A stretch of DNA of 64,000 nucleotides, from the NCBI GenBank assembly GCA_965248835.1, contig CBDFLJ010000002.1:736001-800000 (forward strand), written 5' to 3'. The translations under genes and the position numbers were made by a program. Position 1 is the stretch's first letter; each line of letters opens with the position of its first letter. The notes under the pieces were generated by a model. It did no database searches, had not been told where the DNA came from, and was given only the letters and a program-made list of their open reading frames with translations. Shown here one piece after another: positions 30,677 to 40,994 of this stretch. The stretch is from Alphaproteobacteria bacterium. GTDB taxonomy: Bacteria; Pseudomonadota; Alphaproteobacteria; MPNO01.

Positions 30677-31903
30677 ATGGCCAATAGCAAGATCAAGCCA
30701 ATTCGGACCGAGAAGGACTACGAGGCCGCGCTCGCGCGGATCGACGCGCTGATGGAGGCAAAGCCCGGCAGCACGGAGTTCGACGATCTCGACGTCCTGG
30801 TCGATCTCGTCGAGCACTATGAGAGCAAGCACGAGCCAATGGCCTATCCGAGCCCGCTGGCCGCGATCGAGTTCCGCATGGAGCAGGGCGGCTTGAGCCC
30901 GCGCGACCTGATCCTCTTCATCGGAAGCCGCGCGAAGGTCTCCGAGGTTCTCTCCGGCAAGCGCGCGATCACCATGCCGATGGCGCGCGCGCTCCATAAG
31001 CATCTTGGGATTCCGGGGGATGTGTTGCTCCGGGAGCGCGGTGCAGCGCTTGACGAGCCGTTGGCCGACATCGAGTGGAGCCGGTTTCCCCTCAAGGCGA
31101 TGGCGAAGCTGGGATGGCTTCCGGTCCTCCCTGACCTGGCGCAGCGGGCCGAGGAGCTTATCGGCGATCTGATCGAGCGGGCGGGCGGACGGGATGTGGC
31201 CGGTGCCGCCTTGTACCGTAAGAACGATCACCTGCGTGCGAACGCCAAGATGGACCCCTATGCGCTCAAAGCCTGGTGCTGGCAGGTGCTGGCGACGGCG
31301 AACCAGAAGCGGCCAAAGGTGGATTACGAGCCAGGCACCGTCACGTTGGATTTCCTCAAGCAGATTGCACGGCTGAGCTGGTCGGAAGACGGACCGCGGC
31401 TCGCAAAGGAGTTTTTGGCAAAGCACGGCATTCTTCTCGTGATTGTGGAGCACTTGCCGAAGACATATCTCGACGGAGCGGCGCTCCGGCTTGGCGACGG
31501 CCGGCCGGTGATCGGAATGACCCTGCGTCATGACCGGATCGACAATTTCTGGTTCTGCCTGCTGCACGAGCTGGCGCATGTGGGGCGCCACATGGACAAC
31601 AACGAGGGCGAGGCCTTCGTCGACGATTTGACGCTGCGCAAGGTGGAGGGCGCGCGAAGAGATCCGAGGGAGGCACAGGCCGACGAATGGGCGGAGGAGG
31701 CGCTGATGCCGCGGGCAGCTTGGCAAACAAGCGCGGTTCGGGACCACCCGACGCCCATGGCCGTCATGAATCTGGCGAATGTGTTGCAGGTTCATCCGGC
31801 AATCGTGGCGGGCAGGATTCGCTACGAACGGCAGAACTATCGCCTGCTGTCCCAATTCGTCGGGACGGGCGAAGTCCGACGGCAGTTCGTTATCGCGCCA
31901 TGA
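30677..31903 (+). CDS. HigA-type HTH fused to an ImmA/IrrE metallopeptidase
   Basis: IKPIRTEKDYEAAL, SEVLSGKR; WFCLLHELAH (HEXXH), EAQADEWA. Confidence 0.88.
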   Translation: MANSKIKPIRTEKDYEAALARIDALMEAKPGSTEFDDLDVLVDLVEHYESKHEPMAYPSPLAAIEFRMEQGGLSPRDLILFIGSRAKVSEVLSGKRAITMPMARALHKHLGIPGDVLLRERGAALDEPLADIEWSRFPLKAMAKLGWLPVLPDLAQRAEELIGDLIERAGGRDVAGAALYRKNDHLRANAKMDPYALKAWCWQVLATANQKRPKVDYEPGTVTLDFLKQIARLSWSEDGPRLAKEFLAKHGILLVIVEHLPKTYLDGAALRLGDGRPVIGMTLRHDRIDNFWFCLLHELAHVGRHMDNNEGEAFVDDLTLRKVEGARRDPREAQADEWAEEALMPRAAWQTSAVRDHPTPMAVMNLANVLQVHPAIVAGRIRYERQNYRLLSQFVGTGEVRRQFVIAP

Positions 31904-31907
31904 GATA

Positions 31908-31963
31908 GAGGCTCGATGCCCAGAGCCCCGATGCCCGGAGCCCCGATGACCAGAGCCCCGACC
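31908..31963 (+). repeat. 15-bp tandem repeat, about 4 copies
   Basis: GAGGCTCGATGCCCA / GAGCCCCGATGCCCG / GAGCCCCGATGACCA / GAGCCCCGACC. Confidence 0.75.
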
Positions 31964-32402
31964 TGAAGCTCCGAGGTGGTTGCGGCCTCCGCCTCCCGGC
32001 GCTCGTCCTGGCACACTCTCGGGGCTGCGGCGCCATCGCCCGGATCCTCGAGCGCGCCGGCGCCGGGCCGTGAGCGGAAAGCCCGGCATGAACAATCGCG
32101 ACGAGGATATTCCGGCCAAGCGCCTGGCCGTCGATCCGACCGCGACGCGCCGCGTCGACTGCGCCGGATAGGCGCTGTACGCTCGGCCCCGCACACGTCA
32201 CAGGCACCGAAATCGACCATGGAAATCGGGTTCCTCTACCGGCCGTTCGACGCCGCGCTCAACCGCTGCTCGCCGCCCACGAGGCCGGTCTGAAACGCGT
32301 CATGTTCACCGTCAGCGTCGCCTCGGACCCGGCCGGCACCGTCGAGCTGCTCGGTGAGCACGTCCTGCCGGCGTTCCGCGCCGCGACATCATACGGCGGC
32401 TG

Positions 32403-33008
32403 ATGGACGGCGCGGCCCACGACGCGGCGTTCGTTGCGCGTCTGCTGGACGTCATCGCGCACGACATCGTGCCCATGACCCGAACGGGTGTCGTCGCCGG
32501 CAACAAGGTTTTCGGCGCGGCGATCTTGCGCAAGGCCGATCTGTCCGTGGTCATCGGCGAGACCAACAACGAGACCGAGAACCCGCTGTGGCACGGCGAG
32601 GTGCACGCGCTCAAGCGGTTCTACGAGCTGCCGGCCGACGCGCGGCCGGCGACGCGCGAGTGTGTGTTCCTCGCGACCCACGAGCCGTGCTCGCTCTGCC
32701 TGTCCGCGATCACCTGGACCGGGTTCGATCGGTTCTATTACCTGTTCGGCTATGTCGATACCGCCGAGACCTTCGACATCCCCCACGACCTGCGAATTCT
32801 CGACCAGGTGTTCGGTGTTCGGAACGGCGCCTATGCGAGGGAAAACCGCTATTGGAAGAGCCATGCGATCGGTGAATTGATCGCGGCCCTGCCGGAGCCC
32901 GACGGCAGGCTACTCGGCCGACGTATCGCGGCGTTGAACGAAACCTATCAAGACCTTTCCGAGGCCTATCAGGCGACGAAGAGCGGCTCCGATATCCCAC
33001 TGCCGTGA
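32403..33008 (+). CDS. Nucleoside/nucleobase deaminase
   Basis: HGEV and EPCSLC zinc motifs. Confidence 0.88.
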   Translation: MDGAAHDAAFVARLLDVIAHDIVPMTRTGVVAGNKVFGAAILRKADLSVVIGETNNETENPLWHGEVHALKRFYELPADARPATRECVFLATHEPCSLCLSAITWTGFDRFYYLFGYVDTAETFDIPHDLRILDQVFGVRNGAYARENRYWKSHAIGELIAALPEPDGRLLGRRIAALNETYQDLSEAYQATKSGSDIPLP

Positions 33009-33489
33009 CGGGGCCGTTAGCCGCCGTTCGGCCCGGTGACACCGGCTCCGCCGCGATCGGTTCGGAGCGCCGGCCGGCCGGCCGGCCGCGGCGGCGTTGG
33101 ACCGAGGTTTTGGGCATTCCCGCCCAAGCGTCGTCCGATCTGATTGAGGCCGCCTATCGGGAGCGTGCTCGCACACGGCACCCGAATTCCGGCGGCTCGC
33201 ACGAGGCAATGGCGGAGCTGAACGAAGCCGTTGGCCGAACAAGAAAGGCCGCGGCGTGAGCACCTGCCCCCGGTGCAGCGAGGCGTTCGAGGCGATGAGA
33301 CGCGGCGGCGCCCCGAAGCGCTTCTGCTCGGCTGCGTGCAAGAACCAATGGAACTCCGCGGCCCGTGCGTTCGGCCGCGCGATGGAAACCCAAGGGGTGC
33401 TCAATCTATGGGCGTGGATCGAAGGCCGTCAGAAGGCCCCAAATCCACCGTGCACGCTGTTACAGCGCCCAAGTCGGCCTCGGGGGTAG
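33005..33489 (+). pseudogene. Phage J-domain fragment plus Zn-finger gene (copy 3)
   Basis: WTEVLGI...AAYRERARTRHPNSGGSHEAMAELN; MSTCPRCSEAF...KRFCSAAC. Confidence 0.65.
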
Positions 33490-33502
33490 CGAGGTAGCGG
33501 AA

Positions 33503-33600
33503 ATGCTCGAAGTAATCTCCCTCGGCGCTGGCGTGCAATCCACAACCCCGACCAGGGCGATCTCTGGCACGGCGTGTGCGAAGGGATGTGCGGGGTGTAG
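33503..33600 (+). pseudogene. Internally deleted phage PAPS-reductase-like gene (both termini only)
   Basis: MLEVISLGAGVQST joined out of frame to PDQGDLWHGVCEGMCGV*. Confidence 0.6.
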
Positions 33601-33648
33601 CGCGCCGCCTCACTGGTGTGGATGGCAACGAGCCTTCCCTTGCATCTC

Positions 33649-33685
33649 TTGACATTGTAGAATAATATGTTACCTAATGCGTAAC
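33649..33685 (+). promoter_or_regulatory. TA promoter/operator
   Basis: TTGACA at 33649; palindrome GTTAC-N7-GTAAC at 33669-33685, just upstream of the toxin ATG. Confidence 0.55.
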
Positions 33686-33701
33686 GAAATCGTGCATTTT
33701 C

Positions 33702-34037
33702 ATGGACATTGCTTTTCGGACCCGCAAGCTTGAGAAGACCTTCAACTCGGACAACGCCCTCCAAAAGGCCTACGGGTCGAAGGTGGCCAGGACGATCGAG
33801 AATCGTCTGGCGGTCCTGAGTGCGGCCCGCAACCTTGCCTTGGTGCCGACGACGCCTCCGGATCGGCGGCATCAGCTTAGCGGAGATCGGGACGAGCAGT
33901 TCGCCGTTGACCTTGTCCACTCCCGGAGACTCGTTTTCGCACCCAATCATGAGCCATTTCCGCGTAGGGCCGATGGAGGGATCGATACGGAACAGGTGAC
34001 CGCCATCACAATCATCGACGTGATCGACTACCACTGA
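33702..34037 (+). CDS. HigB-like (plasmid maintenance killer) toxin
   Basis: MDIAFRTRKLEK...HQLSGDR..FAVDL...IDVIDYH. Confidence 0.85.
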   Translation: MDIAFRTRKLEKTFNSDNALQKAYGSKVARTIENRLAVLSAARNLALVPTTPPDRRHQLSGDRDEQFAVDLVHSRRLVFAPNHEPFPRRADGGIDTEQVTAITIIDVIDYH

Positions 34038-34048
34038 CGGAGAGAGAA

Positions 34049-35137
34049 ATGGCGACGGCAACCAACCAGTATGCGCCAGACTATGCGGTCCCGCCCGGGT
34101 GGGTGCTCGATGAACGCCTGGAGGCGCAGGACATCTCGCATGCCGAGTTCGCTCGGCGGTGCGGGCGTTCCCCGAAGCTGATCAGCGAGATCATCGCCGG
34201 CAAGGCACCCGTCGAGCCGCGGACGGCACTACAGTTCGAAAAGGTGCTGGGCGTGGATGCAAGCATTTGGCTCGGCATCGAGGCCGCGTACCGGCTTCAT
34301 TGGGCCAAGAAGGCCGAGGCGGCTGCGGCCACCGCCTCGGTTGAATGGCTGAAAGTCTTTGCTGTATCGGAACTCGTGAAACGCGGCTGTATGCAGCGGC
34401 CGAAATCGGATGCGGATGCGGTTTCCAAGTTGCTTGCATTCTTCGGTGTCGGCTCGGTCCAAGCCTGGACCGCAAAATACGCTCTGGCAAATGTGGCGTA
34501 TCGGCATTCCCCAAGCTTCAAGAGCGACGAGGTTGCCTTGGCGACGTGGCTCCGCCTTGGCGAGTTGGAAGCGGAGCTTCAGGAATGCGCCGACTACGAC
34601 GCGGGCGTGTTCAGGCGCGCGATGAGGGAAGTTCGAGGCTTGACCCGAGAGCCCGTCGACGAGGCCCTGGGGCGCGCCCGCCGGATCATGAACCGGGCCG
34701 GGGTTGCGCTGGCAGTGGTCAAGCCGCTGCCCAAGACCGCGCTGAGCGGTGCCGCCTGGTGGTTTTCGCCCCGCAAGGCCGTGATCCAGTTGAGCGCGCG
34801 CCACAAGTCGGACGACCATCTCTGGTTCAGCTTCTTCCACGAGGCGGCGCACCTTCTGCTTCACAGCAAGAAGTGCGTTTTCGTGGATGGAACCAATGAC
34901 GGGGGTGCCGATGTCGAGACTGAGGCGAACGATTGGGCCGCCAACGCCCTCGTCCCGCGCGCCGACTGGAAGCGATTCGCCGCCAGCTCGCCGCGAAGCA
35001 AGGTGGACGTCTGCGCCTTCGCCGACGAGCAGGGAATTGCGGCGGGTATCGTCGTCGGGATGCTCCAGCATGCCGGTCTCGTTCCCTGGACCCACCTCAA
35101 TGGCCTCAAGATTCGCTACCGATGGACCCGGGGTTGA
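34049..35137 (+). CDS. HigA HTH fused to an ImmA/IrrE peptidase
   Basis: PDYAVPPGWVL, ISEIIAGKA; WFSFFHEAAH, ETEANDWA. Confidence 0.88.
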   Translation: MATATNQYAPDYAVPPGWVLDERLEAQDISHAEFARRCGRSPKLISEIIAGKAPVEPRTALQFEKVLGVDASIWLGIEAAYRLHWAKKAEAAAATASVEWLKVFAVSELVKRGCMQRPKSDADAVSKLLAFFGVGSVQAWTAKYALANVAYRHSPSFKSDEVALATWLRLGELEAELQECADYDAGVFRRAMREVRGLTREPVDEALGRARRIMNRAGVALAVVKPLPKTALSGAAWWFSPRKAVIQLSARHKSDDHLWFSFFHEAAHLLLHSKKCVFVDGTNDGGADVETEANDWAANALVPRADWKRFAASSPRSKVDVCAFADEQGIAAGIVVGMLQHAGLVPWTHLNGLKIRYRWTRG

Positions 35138-35464
35138 ACGCATAGATGCGGTTCCGAAGTTGACGGCGTTTCGCCACGCACGTTTGTGATTTCGTTATTG
35201 GAGCAAGCAAGGAATTGATCCAAGTTCTCTCAAAGCCGGCCGACCAGATCGACATCCACGACATCGAATCGTTGATAGAGGAGAAGGTTCCCGAGGGGGA
35301 ACAAATTGAGTTCAAGGAGACCCTTCCAGCGAAGGGCCAGGGGCCAGATCCGTGGATGAGCGACAAGAAGAAAATTGGCGATTTCGCCAAGAGGACCATC
35401 CTCGAAGAGACGATCGCGTTCGCCAATGCACATGGTGGCGCTCTGCTGTTGGGCATCGTGGAAT

Positions 35465-36547
35465 CTAGTGGATGGAATCTAACGCTTGATGCCCGCGTTT
35501 GACGGCGGAGATGATTTTGTCCGGGTCCGCGGTCCAGCGAAATGGCTTGGCCTCGCTGGCGTTATGCTCGGCAACGAAGCAGTTGATGGCGGCTTGAAGG
35601 TCAACGACGGAGTGGAAGACACCGCGTTTGAGCCGGCGCTTGGCGAGTTTTGCGAAGAAGCCTTCCACGGCGTTGAGCCAGGAACAGGAAGTCGGTGTGA
35701 AGTGAAAGGTCCAGCGCGGATGACGGTCGAGCCAGCGTCGGACCTTGGGGTGCTTGTGGACGGCGTCGTTGTCGAGAATGGCATGGATGACCGTGCCGGC
35801 GGGCGTTCCGGCCTCGACCGTGTTGAGGAAGCGGATGAATTCTTGATGGCGATGACGCTGCATGTTGCGGCCGATGACCGTGCCGTCGAGGACGTTCAGG
35901 GCGGCGAACAGCGTGGTCGTGCCATGCCGCTTGTAATCGTGGGTCATCGTTCCGGCGCGGCCCTTCTTTAGCGGCAGGCCGGGCTGCGTGCGATCGAGGG
36001 CCTGGATCTGGCTCTTTTCGTCGACACTGAGCACGATGGCATGGGCGGGCGGGTCGACATAGAGCCCGACAACGTCGCGCAGCTTGTCGGCGAAGTTGGC
36101 GTCTTTGGAGAGCTTGAACTGGCGCACCCGATGAGGCTGGAGCCCGTGGGCGCGCCAAATGCGTTGCACGGAAGAGACGGAAACGCCGAGCTTCCCGGCC
36201 ATCATGGCGGCCGTCCAGTGGGTCGCCTCGGCGGGCGGATCGGTCAGGGTCAGATCGACGATGCGCAAGGCGACACCGGGTTCGAGCGGCGGAATACGCG
36301 AAGGCCGGGTCTTGTCCCGCAGCAGGCCATCGACGCCCTCGGCCATGAACCGTTCCTGCCACCGCCAGACGCAAGGCTTCGACTTCCCGGTCCGGCGCAT
36401 GATCTCGACCGTCCCCGCGCCGGCAGCCGTGGCCAAAATGATCCCGGCCCGCCAGACATGCTTCTGCGGGCTGTTCCTGTCCGCCACGACCGCTTCCAGA
36501 CGAGCACGGTCGGCGACGCAAACCTCGAAGGTAATCCCTGTGCGCAT
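35465..36547 (-). CDS. IS630 transposase
   Basis: SVDEKSQIQAL, YKRHGTTTLFAAL and SWLNAVEGFF motifs. Confidence 0.93.
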   Translation of the reverse strand: MRTGITFEVCVADRARLEAVVADRNSPQKHVWRAGIILATAAGAGTVEIMRRTGKSKPCVWRWQERFMAEGVDGLLRDKTRPSRIPPLEPGVALRIVDLTLTDPPAEATHWTAAMMAGKLGVSVSSVQRIWRAHGLQPHRVRQFKLSKDANFADKLRDVVGLYVDPPAHAIVLSVDEKSQIQALDRTQPGLPLKKGRAGTMTHDYKRHGTTTLFAALNVLDGTVIGRNMQRHRHQEFIRFLNTVEAGTPAGTVIHAILDNDAVHKHPKVRRWLDRHPRWTFHFTPTSCSWLNAVEGFFAKLAKRRLKRGVFHSVVDLQAAINCFVAEHNASEAKPFRWTADPDKIISAVKRGHQALDSIH

Positions 36548-36604
36548 GCCCGCAGACTCGCACATACGCTCGGACAAGGGAATCGTCTGTTAGATTTTAT
36601 CCAC
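35468..36604 (-). mobile_element. IS630 family element
   Basis: IRs GTGGATGGAATCTAAC / GTTAGATTTTATCCAC; TA duplication at 35466-67 and 36605-06. Confidence 0.93.
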
Positions 36605-38168
36605 TAGGTCAAGCCCGCCGGCAGCGACTGCAATCAAGCCAATCCCGCGATGCCACGATCTTGCCGAGAGCCTGAAGTTGGTGTTTCGTGATTGCGTCGA
36701 ACCACAGCTCCCTCAAATCGACATCTTCGGGGTAGAGAAGGCGAACGGAGCTGGTGTGGTCATCCTTCGCGTGGGGCGGTCAAGGCAGGCACCCCATCGC
36801 ATCACCAAATCGCTCGTTTGTCCCATTCGGCGTGCCGATCGTTGCGAGAAAATGACCATGCGCGAGATTCAGGACTTAACGCTCAATGTTGCGCGAGGGC
36901 TGGAGCGATTGAAGAGCGAACTTCGTTGGAGTTACGATCGCTTTCTGGGACAGCTCGAGCACCGCTCGTCGTTCGAGCGTTGGTACGGCCTTCGAATAAC
37001 CGCCGTGCCCGTGCTTGAAGATTTGCCGCTGGATCGGGTGTATCGCGGACGCACTATCATCCCAGACCTGGCGCAACCATCGCGGAAAGTATTCTGGGAG
37101 GCGCCCGGGCTTAGACAGGCACTGCAATGGGATGAATCTGTAGGTGCAAATCTTTGGCGACCGATAGTGCGTGGGGCGCGAACGGATTTCCCCCCTGACC
37201 CTGGTTCTCGTCGGGATTCCAGCTCCTACAGAGAGATTCACTGCGATGGTCTGTTGGAATGGGGATTTTTTTCAAAGCACAACGTAGAACTTAATCCGCA
37301 CCGGCCCATTGTCATGTTCGCGAACGTGGCTACATGGGCAGATCGCGTCAGACGCTACGCTAATGTGCCCGCTGCGGAATATGCCATTGAGGTCCACTTT
37401 CATGTCTTGGGAGATGCGGTAACAGTAAAGCGACCGCTCGCGCCTAAGGAAGAAGGAAAGCTCAGGCCCGATCGGAGCCTCTTCCCCAAGTACTCTCTGC
37501 GAGAGTCGGCCGACATCCCGGAATTGCTGGCCTTGTTTTGGCGCGATTTCTGGAATTTCCTTGGAGAGGATGTGGCTGACGAGGATCTGAGATTATCGAT
37601 CGAAAATTGGCCCGAAAGTGCCTCAGGCGAAGAAGACTAAAGTATGGTCGTTTGGCATCTATCTAACTTTGGTCGATCGATCGAGATGGGCCAGGAAACA
37701 TAGAGTGCCGCCTCCGCCTCTCCCCCCTTCACACTCGCCTCTCGAGCCTGCACCCGCCAGCCCAAGCCGGCCGCCGTTTACCCGCCGTGCACGGCGCAGG
37801 GAAGGCAATCCAAGGCCGGGGCTAAGGGAGCCTCCGCCTGCCAGTGCTGGGACCGTAGGGCGTTCTTACCGCGTCTTTCGCGCCAGCGTCGCGAGGCGGG
37901 CCGCCGCCGAGTTCGGATCGAGCCCTTCCGAGGTCTCATCCTCCTCCACGTTCTCGCCGACCTTGGGGGTGTCCCGCGGTGGCGCCAGCGCCTTCGGCGG
38001 CGGCGCGAGGGCCTTGATCTCCTTGATCGTGTAGGGCGCCACGGCCCGCGCGCCGCCCTGCCGGACGTGCGCTGGGTGTTGGCTCAGCAGGGCGAGTGCC
38101 GGGGGTCAATGCAGCCGCTTCGACCTTGCTCAGCCGTGTTCGAGCGGCGGGGCCGAGGATAGCCCACG

Positions 38169-38861
38169 ATGTGCGGCCGCTTCACGCAGATGTATACCTG
38201 GGAGCAGGTACGGGAATTTCTTGACCTGCTCGGCCCGGCGCAGAACCTCCGCCCCCGATACAACGTCGCGCCGTCACAGAACGTCGCCGTGGTCCGCGCG
38301 GGCGAGGACGGGCGGCGGCTCTCGATGCTCCGCTGGGGCCTGATTCCGGCCTGGGCGAAGGAGCCCTCGATCGGTTACAAGCTGATCAATGCGCGCGCAG
38401 AGACCGCGGCATCGAAGCCGTCATTCCGGGCGGCGTTCGCGTCTCGGCGCTGCGTCATCCCGGTGGATGGGTTCTACGAGTGGAAGAAGGAAGGCTCGAC
38501 CAAGCAGCCCTACCGCATCCACATGAAGGACGAAGGGCTTTTCGCCTTCGCCGGGTTGTGGGAACGCTGGAAAATCCGCGAGGGGTTGAAGCTGACGGGC
38601 AATCTGTCCGACCGGTGCCCGGGAGACGAGATCGAGACCTGCACGATCCTGACCACCGAGGCGAACGCGTTTCTTGCGCCGATCCACGGCCGGATGCCGG
38701 TCATCCTCGACCCGGACGCGATCGACCCCTGGCTCGGCGGGGAAACGGTGCAGCTTGGCCCATACCCGTCTGCCAAGATGGCCGCCCGTCCTGTCAGCAC
38801 CTGGGTCAACAGCCCGAAGAACGACGACCCGCTCTGCGTCGAGCCGGTCGGCGGGGTCTAG
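38169..38861 (+). CDS. SRAP/YedK (SOS response-associated peptidase, abasic-site protein)
   Basis: MCGRF start, RYNVAP, WGLIP, NARAET, GFYEW, HGRMPVIL. Confidence 0.93.
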   Translation: MCGRFTQMYTWEQVREFLDLLGPAQNLRPRYNVAPSQNVAVVRAGEDGRRLSMLRWGLIPAWAKEPSIGYKLINARAETAASKPSFRAAFASRRCVIPVDGFYEWKKEGSTKQPYRIHMKDEGLFAFAGLWERWKIREGLKLTGNLSDRCPGDEIETCTILTTEANAFLAPIHGRMPVILDPDAIDPWLGGETVQLGPYPSAKMAARPVSTWVNSPKNDDPLCVEPVGGV

Positions 38862-39510
38862 GGCCTTGGTCGTCGGAGCGCGTGCGATTATCATTTTGCT
38901 TCAGACCATGCTTGGCAAAGCACGCGTCTTTGCCAGCGCAGAAGGTGTCCGCAATGAAACCATGTCAATCGAGCTTGATCGCGATGGCGGTGGTCGCAGC
39001 CGTATGTGTGCCCGCAATGTCGGCGATGGCCCAGGGGCGCACCGGCAAAACCATTGGAGGGGTGACGACCATTCACACCGAGTGGCGACGCATCCCGACG
39101 TTTGAGCTTCAGATTAACATAGCCGACCTCCCGAGGGTGGCTGTGACAGACGCGCAAGCACGGCGCCGGAACAACCGTGCCTTTCAGCAACGGGCCAAGT
39201 TTGACGGACGTAGAAGTAGTATCTTCATTGAGCACTTCCCGAGTACCCTGCTCGATCTGAGTTCGACGCAATATTATAACGACCGCGCCAATACGAAAAA
39301 GAGGGCCGACAAGTATTTTTACGGCCATAAGCTCGAATACCAAGCGTCGGTCAAGATATACGCATATGGAGAGCTCGGGGGCTGGGCATATAAGGTGTTA
39401 AGTCGTGATACAAACCAGACCTGCATATTTGCATTTGCGGGGTTCCTCTGAGGTGGCTCCACCTTTTCGGACAGCCTGGCGGCCGGGCTAAGGTGTATTC
39501 CGGTTATCGA

Positions 39511-40461
39511 TCAGGCCGCCAGGATCCCTTTCATGCGATCTTCCTGTTGCTGCTGTTGCGCCTGTGGGGCTTGAACGCATGCGTTCAAGGGCAAGGCGCG
39601 GAGCGGCTTGTCCATCATATCCACGGGCGGGTCGCCGCGGTATGCCTCGGCCGGGGTTCGCCCGTCCAGCGCCGCGTGCGGCCTCTCGAGGTTGTAAAAG
39701 CGGACCCAATCACGGATCAGGCGCCGGGCGGCGTAGCCGTCGGCGATCTCGTGGAGATAGACCGCCTCGTATTTGAGCGAGCGCCACAGCCGCTCGATGA
39801 AGATGTTGTCCATGCACCGGCCCCTGCCATCCATCGAGACCCGGATGCCGGGCGCCTGCAGGCGCCCGGTGAAGGCGAAGCTGGTGAACTGGCTGCCTTG
39901 GTCGGTGTTGAATATCTCCGGCCTGCCGTATCGACCCAGGGCCTCGTCGAGCGTGTCTGTGCAGAAGCCCGCGTCCAGCGTGTTCGACAGCCGCCAGGCC
40001 AGGACGTACCGGCTCGCCCAGTCCATGATCGCCACGAGGTAAAGGAAGCCACGCTGCACCGGGATGTAGGTGATATCGGCGCACCAGACATGGTTCGGCC
40101 GCTCGATCGCCAGGCCCCGCAGCAGATATGGGTAAACCCGGTGCTCGGGGTGCGGCGCGCTGGTCCGCGGCGCCCGCCAGATCGCCTGAAGCCCCATCAG
40201 GCGCATCAGCCGTGCGGCCCGCCGGCGCCCGATACGCACGCCCTCGCGGCGCAGGTGAAGCACCATCCGGCGGGCGCCGTAAAACGGGTACTTCAGGAAC
40301 AGCTCGTCGATCCGCCGCATCAACGCCAGCGTCTCGACGCTCTCCCCCTTCGGCTCGTAGTAGAGCGAGGAGCGCGCGATCGACAGCAGGCGGCATTGCC
40401 GGCTCAGGCTCAGCGCCGGGTGATCACGCACCACCATCGCGCGCCGCTCCGTCCGGCTCAT
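39511..40461 (-). CDS. IS3 OrfB (DDE integrase core)
   Basis: WCADITYI, NTDQGSQF and DNIFIERLWRSLKYE motifs. Confidence 0.9.
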   Translation of the reverse strand: MSRTERRAMVVRDHPALSLSRQCRLLSIARSSLYYEPKGESVETLALMRRIDELFLKYPFYGARRMVLHLRREGVRIGRRRAARLMRLMGLQAIWRAPRTSAPHPEHRVYPYLLRGLAIERPNHVWCADITYIPVQRGFLYLVAIMDWASRYVLAWRLSNTLDAGFCTDTLDEALGRYGRPEIFNTDQGSQFTSFAFTGRLQAPGIRVSMDGRGRCMDNIFIERLWRSLKYEAVYLHEIADGYAARRLIRDWVRFYNLERPHAALDGRTPAEAYRGDPPVDMMDKPLRALPLNACVQAPQAQQQQQEDRMKGILAA

Positions 40462-40748
40462 CGACCGGACCCGCGCGATAAAAAATCCCGCTCCACGATC
40501 AGCTCCCCGATCTTGGCATGAAGATCGCGGACCTCGCTCTCATGGTCCCGAACCCGCCGCTCAGCGCCCTTCGAGAACACCTCGACCAGACCCTCCATCG
40601 CCTGGCGCTTCCAGGCACCGACCTGGTTCGGATGGACCTGATGCTGCGAGGCGATCTCCTGCAGCGTTCGATCCCCGCGAAGCGCCTCCAGCGCAACCTT
40701 CGCCTTCAGCTCTCCCGAAAATCGACGTCGCTTGCTGCTCATCTGCAT
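40458..40748 (-). CDS. IS3 OrfA (HTH)
   Basis: KRRRFSGELKAKVALEAL...LHAKIGEL..ERDFL. Confidence 0.9.
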   Translation of the reverse strand: MQMSSKRRRFSGELKAKVALEALRGDRTLQEIASQHQVHPNQVGAWKRQAMEGLVEVFSKGAERRVRDHESEVRDLHAKIGELIVERDFLSRGSGR

Positions 40749-40994
40749 TCCTCCGTTAGACGGGGGAATACACCTTAGCGACCTGTCCGAATTTCCGGGG
40801 CCACCTCACTCAGTGATGTTACGAAAAATAGAACTGTGGATGAACACTATGACACGGACGTCAGAGTCAGAGATTGCTCCGAAACACGCTCTATGGAGGA
40901 GGTAGTTTCCTTTTTCCGCCTCCTGAAGATCGTCCCGTCGGAATACAACCGTGCCAGGATGGGCGGCGATTAAGCCGTCGTAAACCCGTTGCTC

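Larger units (their letters stand above)
35215..37640 (+). pseudogene. Schlafen/AlbA_2-domain protein interrupted by IS630
   Basis: EGEQIEFKE...AFANAHGGALLLGI, resuming after the IS as ...LKLVFRDCVEPQ...SRQAPH; removing the IS restores a 428-aa frame. Confidence 0.85.
39449..40808 (-). mobile_element. IS3 family element
   Basis: TG...CA ends; IRs TGAGGTGGCTCCACCTTTTCGGACAG / TGAGGTGGCCCCGGAAATTCGGACAG; 3-bp CTC duplication. Confidence 0.93.
38954..40973 (+). pseudogene. Low-GC secreted hypothetical protein interrupted by IS3
   Basis: Signal peptide; after removing the IS3 and one CTC the frame continues FL-SDVTKNR...RMGGD* (TAA 40971-73). Confidence 0.75.

Noticed and set aside
31908-31963. 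Tandem repeat as a mini-CRISPR
   Set aside because: 15-bp contiguous units with no spacers and no cas genes in the window.
32020-32402. LLM-class monooxygenase upstream of the deaminase
   Set aside because: Only a short C-terminal-like peptide (VELLGEHVLPAFR); too weak to annotate.
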